A DNA stretch of 43,087 nucleotides, taken from contig NC_057750.1 of assembly GCF_004010195.1 (NCBI RefSeq), positions 9,016,328 through 9,059,414 of the forward strand. The letters run 5' to 3'. The notes under the pieces were generated by a model. The model ran no database searches. It saw nothing but the letters and a program-made list of their open reading frames with translations, and was not told where the DNA came from. The position numbers were made by a program, and so were the translations under genes. This DNA is from Chiloscyllium plagiosum. Lineage: Eukaryota. Shown here piece by piece: positions 35,496 to 43,087 of this stretch; position 1 is the stretch's first letter; the number at the start of each line of letters is the position of its first letter.

Positions 35496-36477
35496 CCGGG
35501 AAACTCTCCTGTTCTTAAGTCTGCCATTGGTATATCAGAAGGATGTACAGATTGATAATGCAGGGAATGCGATGACACAGCAAGATCCCACAAATGAGCA
35601 GGTAGTCTGTTTCATTGGTTTTGCGATCACTCATGTGCAGGACACTGGGGAAAAATTCTATATCTTTCTTTGAAATACTGTCACAGAATTTTAACTTTTT
35701 AACATCTAGCAGGGAGGGAAGAATCTAAAGGCAGAATCTCTGGATCCATGAAGTGTCTGCCCAAATTATGCACTCCAGTCTCTAATGGGGGATCCATGTG
35801 GGTCACTATTTGACCAACAGATCAATCACCGTGACCCCCATCTCTCTCACACACAGATATACTGTACATCAACCATTACTCTTCCTGGACACTGCACTGC
35901 CAGCATTAGCCAGCAGATGGTAGCACAGCACAACACCGGACAGATGCACTTTCTAAGAAAACTTCATTGAGTTGAATCATTTCCGAGTTAACCATCTCTG
36001 GTCATCTCTGTTTGTTCATAAGCTATGTGGGAATTACTCGCAGCATCCCACTGACCCATGTGGGAACTACTCGCAGCATCCCACTGACCCACACGGGCCA
36101 GGTGTGATCCCACATCCCTCAATCATTCCAACCCATTTGAGAACACAGTTTTGCAAAATGAACCAGTGCAGGAGGAGCCCATTTGGCCCATCAAGTGTGT
36201 ACTAGCTCAGTGGCAGAACCATCCTATTCTTCCCACCTCTTTTGCCCTTGTGCCACTTGTTGTGTTATTTCTCACGGTGGGTATGCCTTTAAGAGACATG
36301 CATCATATCATGTGACCTGAGGCTATGAAAGTGTCAGACTCCATCTTACCCTGGATCAATGGAAGCATGCTGCACTCTCGTAACTTAAAATGAGCCAGGG
36401 ACTGGTGTTCCTGAGGAAAGTGCTAGGACACTTAGTTATATTAAATGTCCGCAATCCAAACACTTATGCGACTGAGG

Positions 36478-36757
36478 ATTTAGATTAGATTACTTAGTGT
36501 GGAAACAGGCCCTTCGGCCCACACCAACCCTCCGAAGAGCAACCCACCCAGACCCGTTCCCTTACACCTAACACTACGGGCAACTTAGCACGGTCAATTC
36601 ACCTAACCTGCACATCTTTGGACTGTGGGAGGAAACCCACGCAGACACGGGGAGAATGTGCAAACTCCGCACAGACAGTTGCCTGAGGTGGGAATTGAAC
36701 CCAGGTCTCTGGCGCTGTGAGGCAGCAGGGCTAACCACTGTGCCACCGTGCCACCCC
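36478..36757 (-). mobile_element. HE1-like SINE, near full length
   Basis: Head ggtggcacggtggcacagtggttagccctgctgcc and (tctaa)n tail. Confidence 0.88.
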
Positions 36758-37373
36758 AAATGTTTAGTGTAATAGTTATATTAAATGTCTGTTGGTTCTT
36801 TCAATACAATGATTTCTGCAGCTAGTTTCCTTTGTAATGAGGGATAATGTGGTATTGCCGCATCAGGTGAGACCACACCAGTGCCCCTGGCCACGTAAAT
36901 TCTGTCACACTTATCAACTCCAGCATTCCTGTGCTGAGCTATTCCTTAAGTTGGGAGAATCCACCTTTTTTAAAAAGTCAATACAATTCTACCTCAGACC
37001 CTTTTTTTTTAATGTCAGGGACCAAGAGGCTTTGCAGGTGGGGTTGCCAATTGGGATCAGGCCTGTTTGTGGAGGTGCCATCACATGACTCCCCCTCGAG
37101 CCTCAACCATTGGATGGCCATCCTTGTGACAACTGCTGTCCTACACCAATCGGAAAGCAAGATGACTCATTACCCCTTTGGTTGACATACAACAAATTAA
37201 CCTTCTGAGGGCAGTTGGGAGTCAGTAACCTCGCTGTGGGTCTGGAGTCACGTGTAGACCAGGCTGGGGAAGGATGGCAGATTTGGGGATTATTACTGAA
37301 GCAGATGTGTTTTTATAACAATTGGTGGTCACCTACACCAACGTAATCCAGAAAGAAGTTAGGAACAGGATAA

Positions 37374-37595
37374 AATCTTCAAGGAGAAAGTGAGGACTGC
37401 AGATGCTGGAGATCAGAGCTGAAAATGTGTTGCTGGAAAAGCACAGCAGGTCACGCAGCATTCAAGGAGCAGGAGAATCGACGTTTCGGGCATAAGCCCT
37501 TCTTCCTGAAGAAGAGCTCATGCCCGAAACGTCGATTCTCCTGTTCCTTGGATGCTGCCTGACCTGCTGTGCTTTTCCAGCAACACATTTTCAGC
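37374..37595 (-). mobile_element. Fold-back Penelope-like element
   Basis: 14-bp TSD TAGGAACAGGATAA (37360-37373 and 37596-37609). ~90-bp inverted arms. Hammerhead core on the plus strand at 37506-37533. Confidence 0.82.
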
Positions 37596-37649
37596 TAGGA
37601 ACAGGATAAGCCATTTAGTCACATAGCATAGAGACAGGCCAATCAGGTT

Positions 37650-38110
37650 TCATAGATTCCCTACAGTGTGGAAGCAGGCCATTCAGCCCATCAAGTCCAC
37701 ACCGACCCTCCAAAGGGCATGAGAATCGATGTTTCGAGCAAAAGCAGGAAGAGCTTATGTTTGAAACGTTGATTCTCCTGCCCCTTGGATGCTGCCTGAC
37801 CGGCCGTGCTTTTCCAGCGTCACACTCTTCGACTCTGATCTCCAGCATTTGCCGTCCCCACTTTCTCCTCCTCCCTATCCCTGTACTTCCAGTGGCTAAC
37901 CTACTTAGCTTCCACATCCCTGTGACATTGTGGGGCAGCTTAGCATGGCCAATCCACCCTGACCTGCACATCTTTGGACTGTGGAAGGAAACCCACACAG
38001 ACCTGGGGCGAATGTGCAAACTCCACACAGATCGTCTCCCAAGGCTGGAATCGAACCCAGGTCCCTGTTGCTGTGAGGCAGCAATGCTAGTCACTGAGCC
38101 ACCGTGGCCA
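37650..38110 (-). mobile_element. HE1-like SINE with a nested fold-back element (~37720-37870)
   Basis: SINE tail at 37650-37720, insert gagaatcgatgtttcg...ccccactttctcc, then SINE body and head to 38110. Confidence 0.78.
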
Positions 38111-38251
38111 AACCTAGCTGGTAGATGATACTGTCCATCGCACTTTCACTGTGCACAATCCTGTTTGGTGTCAAGGCTGGGAACAATTTTACTGAAAGAA
38201 CAGTAGACAGCAGTAATGAGGCAGCACAGAGATAGTTGCATGTTAAAAGTC

Positions 38252-38257
38252 TTTATT
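38252..38257 (-). terminator. Candidate polyadenylation signal of the GPCR
   Basis: AATAAA on the minus strand ~2.8 kb after the stop. An ATTAAA near 40190 is an alternative. Confidence 0.3.
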
Positions 38258-40204
38258 TAAATAGTGATCTCTGAAGGCAGCATGGCACAAGGGGGCTGGG
38301 GGATCTGGTGACACATACACTGAATGCCCACAGGAAGCAAACCAACTCTTTACAGAAACACATCAAAATAAATCACAAAGAGCTGCGAGACGGCAGGACA
38401 GATATTTGAACATCAGACACGAGATGAACTCTGACCCTTTCAAGCCTTGAAAAATCTCAGTCAGGGGCTGTCTCTTTAACACAGAGATGGGGAGGAACTT
38501 CTCTCAGAGGGGAGTGAATTCTTTGTCACGGGCGGCTGTTGAGGCTGGGTTTGCTCAGTACGCTCAGGGCTGGGATTGGTAATCAACGAGGGAGTCAAGG
38601 GTCACGGGGAAAAGGCAGGAAAGGGTTGAGGATTGTGAGATCAGCTGCTATCTCATGGAATGGCAGCACAGACCCGACGGGCTGAATGGCCTACATCTGC
38701 TCCCACATTTTGTGGTAGAACAGCTGCTGCTATTTCCTCCACCTTGCGCCGAACTCCCTCAGAGGGAACCCCAGACCTGGGGAAAATGTGCAAACTCCAC
38801 CCAGACAGTCACCTGAGGCTGGAATCGAACCTGGGTCCCTGGCACTGTGAGGCAGCAGTGCTTAACCACCGTTCAGAGACTATTCAGCCCATTGTGCCTA
38901 CTCTGGCTCCCCACAAGAGCTCTCAGCCAGTGCTTGTCCCCTCGCCTTCCACCCCCAACTCCCTGCAAATGTTTCACCTCCAGTAATCCTCTCCTGAGAG
39001 AGTGCTCTGTCTCTACCGCACTCAGGTCACGCGCTCTGCGATGAGGAGTTTCACTCATATCGGTGCCCTCCGATTCTCGCTCCTCCCACCATGTACCCTG
39101 TCCACCACTTTGAACAACTCAATCAAATCTCATCTTGAGCACCAGCCCAGTTTCCCCTGTCTATCCAATTAACAAGGGTTCCTCATCTTCAGAGTGACCC
39201 TCTTGAATCTTCTCTGTACTCCTCTCTCCCTAACGCCTCCATCTTTCTTTGTCTCATCCTTCAATACCGCACAGAATGGGCCCTGGTCTGGGTTTTGGCT
39301 TGTGCCCTCTGCAGTGCCATTGGGAGCGAAGGGATCTACTCTGAGCCACGCAGTGCTCCCCAGTCAAAGCAAACATCCCAAACATATTTGACAGGTCTCC
39401 CAGAAGCACTGGATCTGGAGGAGGTTGACAGTGGCAGAAGACAGGGGATGTGCTGCTTCATCTTGCAACAACATAGTCCTGAATAAATACTCGCTCGGTG
39501 AAGCTGAACTGCGCATCACTTAATGAAGAACAATTTATCCGGAATGTGTTTTAGTTTAGAATTGGCTGACACAAATGCTTCCTCTTCTCTCACCTTAAGG
39601 ATTTCTCCTTGGGGTTCCATGATGCTCTCTCACGACTTCAGTGCGCGTCGCAGTCCGACTTTGAGAGGGATCGATGTCTGTTTTCTGACGGGCAGGAGGA
39701 GGGGGAACGGTGGGCAGGGCTCCAGTCAAATTGTCCTCTCCTTCTCCCAGTGCAGAAGTGCTCAGGCCGATCGTAATGAGTCAACTCTGTCTCTTCCATC
39801 ACCCTCAGTTAACTCGAAACAAGCTGGGGATGGAGTTCTGAAGAAGGGCCTCTGGACCCTAAGTGTTAACTTTTGTTTCTTTCTCTCTCTCTTTCTCTAT
39901 CGGGCCTGCTGAGTTTCTCCAGCATCCTCTGATTTTAAGCTGATGAATGATAGACCCTGACTGAGGGACTATCCCAGATGGACCCAGACGGAAGTTGCAT
40001 TTTGTTTAACCCAATTGATTTACTTCAAACCCTTGAAGTCCCAAAGTTGCCCAATCCCATCCCTTTGACCTTTTACCTGTGATTGCAACATTTGTCGCTT
40101 GTTCTTTGTGTGAAATAAAATTTCCCAATGTTAGCCCCATCTTGAATTGTCTTGAGTTCAATCGAGTCCCTCATTCTAATCTGATGGTTTAATTAAAAAT
40201 AACA

Positions 40205-40565
40205 TTGCCTGCTTGATTAGCACTCCATCCACCCCTTCCCACACCCACTCCCTCCCCCCAACACTGACGCTCAGTAGCAGCAGTGTGTACCATCTGCAAC
40301 TCACTCAGCCTCCTCAGGCAGCACTGTTCAAACCCACAGTCTCTTCCATCTAGAAGGACAATGACAGCAGATACATGGGGACACCACCCCCTGCAAGTTC
40401 CCCTTCAAGCCACTCCCCATCCTGACTTGGAAATATATTTCCTTCACTGCTATTGGGTCAAAATCCCAGAATTCCCTCCCTCAGGGCATTGTGGGTCTAC
40501 CCACTGCAGCGGTTCAAGAAGGCAACTCACCCCCACCTTCTCAAGGAGGCAACTAGGGACAACAA
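40205..40565 (+). mobile_element. 3' fragment of the LINE family at 30290-32030
   Basis: Aligns by eye with 31600-31975 (cagtagcagcagtgtgtaccatct...gaacaccacccc...gcagcggttca). Confidence 0.8.
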
Positions 40566-41029
40566 AACGCTGACCCTCCATTCACCTCTCATAACAGAAC
40601 AATGGAAGAAAATTAATTTGACGTTATATTCCAGGAAAACATTTTTGACAATTTTTAAAAATTTGAATCCCTCTCTGCTGGGACGTTACAGTTTTTGGTT
40701 CCGTCATATCCATTTCCTCACGCCCACCATGTTCCAACGGTCCAGACTCTAGAGTTTTTCCACAGGGCGCCAAGAGGACATTGGGCCCATCCCATCCATT
40801 CTATTCATCAAAGGCTCCAGTCCCATATTCCATAGTCTAGATTCACATGAAGATTTCCCACATTGCGCAAAAAGATCCTTTGGCCCATCCTTTCCATGCT
40901 GGTCATCGTATTTCATGGAGACTTCACATAAAGAAAGAAGGGGGATTGCATTGCGGTGCGGGGGAAGCCAATGGTACCATTTTGGGGGTGAGAATGGGCA
41001 GGCGAGCTGGCGATAATGGCTGCCGGCGC

Positions 41030-42130
41030 TCAGACCGGGTCAGAGGTGTTGCCACTGCCAGCTGGGGCTCCGGCCTTGGGGAGCTCGGACACCAGGCTGA
41101 TGCTGGTGTGGAAGGGCGAGAGGCGTCCAGCCAAGAAACCCCCTGGTTGCCTCCAGCGCCGAAGGTAGGCCCCCAGCCGCAGGCGGAGCTTACGGTGCAG
41201 TGAGGCGTAGATGAAGGGGTTGTAGCAGGCGGAGCTCATGGCCAGCCAATGGCAGGAGACCTGCGCCACGTTGAGGTAGCGGGTGTCCAAGATGGCGAAG
41301 TCAACGTCCAGGTCCTGCAGGAGGTTGAGGATCTGGAGGGGCATCCAGCACATGGCGAAGGTTACCACGGAGACCACCAGCAGGGAGAACGTCTTCCTCT
41401 TCTTCTCGTTCCACCGCAGGCGGTTCTGCTCCACCACCCCGGGCAGGTGGCGCCTGCGCAGGTGGGCACTGATGGCACAGTAGGAGACGCTGACCGCGGA
41501 CAGTGGCACCATGTAGGAGGCCAGCATCACCACGCAGGAGTAGGCCGCGCGCTCGGTCTCCCGGCCACGCCAGAACTCCTCGCACACGTTCACGTCGTGA
41601 CCGGCGGCCTCCAGCTCCACGTAGGCCACCCGGGCGGAGGCCGGGCTGGCCAGGGCCAGGGCCAGGGCCCAGATGGACGCCACCACCAGGCCGCAGCGGC
41701 CGCGGCCCGCCCTCTGCCGCACGGGGTGCGCCACCACCACGTAGCGGTCCACCGCGATGGCCGTCAGGGACAACACCGAGACGTAGACCAGGGCGGACTG
41801 CAGCAGGGAGACCAGGTGGCACAGGAAGCGGCCAAAGAGCCAACCGCGTGGCTCAAAGGCGTACGACAGCGTGGGCGGCACGCAGGCCAGGCACATCAGG
41901 AGGTCCGCCGACGCCAGGTTCCCGATGAAGAAGTTGGTGACGGTGTGGAGTTTACGGTCCACCATGATGCTGCCGATCAGGAAGGCGTTGCCAACGCACG
42001 CCACGGCCACCAGGGCGCAGTATAGCAGGATGAAGAGGCACTTGTACTGCTGGAGGAGCGCGGTACCAGGGAAGGTCACTCTCACGCTGCTGTTGAAGAA
42101 GCTGCTGTTGTCCACCGTCTGGTTCTCCAT
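41030..42130 (-). CDS. Prolactin-releasing peptide receptor-like class A GPCR (PRLHR/prlhr2 family), single coding exon, 366 aa
   Basis: Seven hydrophobic segments. Motifs GN (TM1), TNFFIGNLASADLLMC, CVPPTLSYAFEPRGW, DRY, CEEFW, CWMP, HWLAMSSACYNPFIY. N-terminal N-glycosylation sequons. Strong Kozak GCGGCCATGG with an in-frame upstream TGA. Exact paralog not determined. Confidence 0.9.
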   Translation of the reverse strand: MENQTVDNSSFFNSSVRVTFPGTALLQQYKCLFILLYCALVAVACVGNAFLIGSIMVDRKLHTVTNFFIGNLASADLLMCLACVPPTLSYAFEPRGWLFGRFLCHLVSLLQSALVYVSVLSLTAIAVDRYVVVAHPVRQRAGRGRCGLVVASIWALALALASPASARVAYVELEAAGHDVNVCEEFWRGRETERAAYSCVVMLASYMVPLSAVSVSYCAISAHLRRRHLPGVVEQNRLRWNEKKRKTFSLLVVSVVTFAMCWMPLQILNLLQDLDVDFAILDTRYLNVAQVSCHWLAMSSACYNPFIYASLHRKLRLRLGAYLRRWRQPGGFLAGRLSPFHTSISLVSELPKAGAPAGSGNTSDPV

Positions 42131-42162
42131 GGCCGCCTCCTCATTGGCTCCTCAATGTTGAC

Positions 42163-42182
42163 CTTACAAAACAAAGCACAAC
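42163..42182 (-). other. Probable splice acceptor of a 5'-UTR intron of the GPCR
   Basis: Minus strand reads tgtgctttgttttgtaag|GTCAAC, 32 nt upstream of the ATG. The upstream non-coding exon was not identified. Confidence 0.55.
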
Positions 42183-42295
42183 AGCCCCTTCAGGAACAGG
42201 ACGGATCTGATTACAGGAGAGAGTGGCCTCCTGCCTGAACTCCTCTGTAATCCGTTCTCAAACAGCAGACTAGATTTGTTCAATGTATCCTCTCA

Positions 42296-42479
42296 GCTAC
42301 ATGACACTGGGATCTTTTGCTATAAATTCTGTGCCTTATGACCCTGTCCCACAACCACCTGATGAAGGAGCGTCGCTCTGAAAGCTGGTGCTTCCAATTA
42401 AACCTGTCGGACTATAACCTGGTGATGTGTGATTTTTAACTTTGTCCACCCCAGTCCAACACCGACATCTCCATGTCAT
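42296..42479 (+). mobile_element. Penelope-like terminal fragment (second family) with a mutated hammerhead at 42356-42390
   Basis: Homolog of 20215-20401. Core CUGAUGA-A-GGAGC(GUC)GCUCU-GAAAGCUG. Confidence 0.7.
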
Positions 42480-42702
42480 CCCCTCCCTGAGGTAGGCTGT
42501 AGGGGTGAGGAGCACACCGCACCAGACAGAAAGATGGGGACTTTATTCCAGCACCTTCTGTGATGGCAGAAGTCATTTATTGACCCAAGGTGTGTCATTT
42601 GCCCGTGTGACATACAGGGGGCGTGGTGGCTCAATTATACACAGCAGGATCACATGGACTCACTTCATTATCCCCTACACCACTCATATCCACCAGACAT
42701 CT

Positions 42703-42903
42703 GACACACACTCTCACACACCCACTCACACACTCACTCACAAACTTACTCATACACTCACACACTAACACACACTCACACACACTCGCACACACCCTCA
42801 CACTCATACACACACACACACTCACATACACACACACACTCACATACACACACACACTCACACCCTCATACACACGCACACACTCTCACACACACACACT
42901 ACT
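42703..42903. repeat. (CA)n-rich degenerate microsatellite
   Basis: Interrupted cacacact runs. Confidence 0.9.
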
Positions 42904-43087
42904 CCCTCCCCCCCAAGGTCCTCCACTCAAAGACCACCTGTCGTCCCAAGTCCCACCTTTTCCTGTCTGCTCCCTCTGTCTGTGACACACCAGTCCCAGG
43001 AATTGAGCCCATCCAGACTGATCAGGAAGCTGGTCGGGAAGGTAAGTGATTGTTATTTGAGTGGAGAAGGAACCCGAGACACTACAC

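Noticed and set aside
36026..36091. 33-bp direct duplication
   Set aside because: A simple two-copy local slippage event with no further structure.
41249..42025. 258-aa plus-strand ORF and other ORFs overlapping the GPCR
   Set aside because: Antisense or alternate-frame shadows caused by very high GC3 in the real exon. No recognisable domain.

Overview
Eukaryotic, repeat-dense vertebrate DNA. HE1-like tRNA-SINEs, CR1 LINE fragments and the minisatellite types suggest a shark or other elasmobranch (inferred from repeat recognition, not a database search). Two protein-coding genes lie on the minus strand. (1) A 3-exon atypical Rho GTPase of the RhoU/RhoV subfamily: CDS 28040-27821, 16897-16839 and 16018-15560, 245 aa, canonical GT-AG introns, with divergent switch I/II residues. 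(2) A class A GPCR of the prolactin-releasing-peptide receptor family with a single coding exon (42130-41030, 366 aa). The rest is mostly CR1, RTE and other LINE fragments, HE1-like and Deu-like SINEs, and tandem repeats. The most notable non-genic signal is a set of at least four unrelated short repeat families. Each carries a minimal type-I hammerhead-ribozyme core (CUGAnGA, stem II, GAA, palindromic 4-mer, H) of the kind known from Penelope-like elements. Several are ~100-230 bp fold-back insertions with 10-14 bp target-site duplications, and one appears to have co-inserted an inverted 146-bp copy of neighbouring DNA. Repeat boundaries are approximate unless defined by a TSD.
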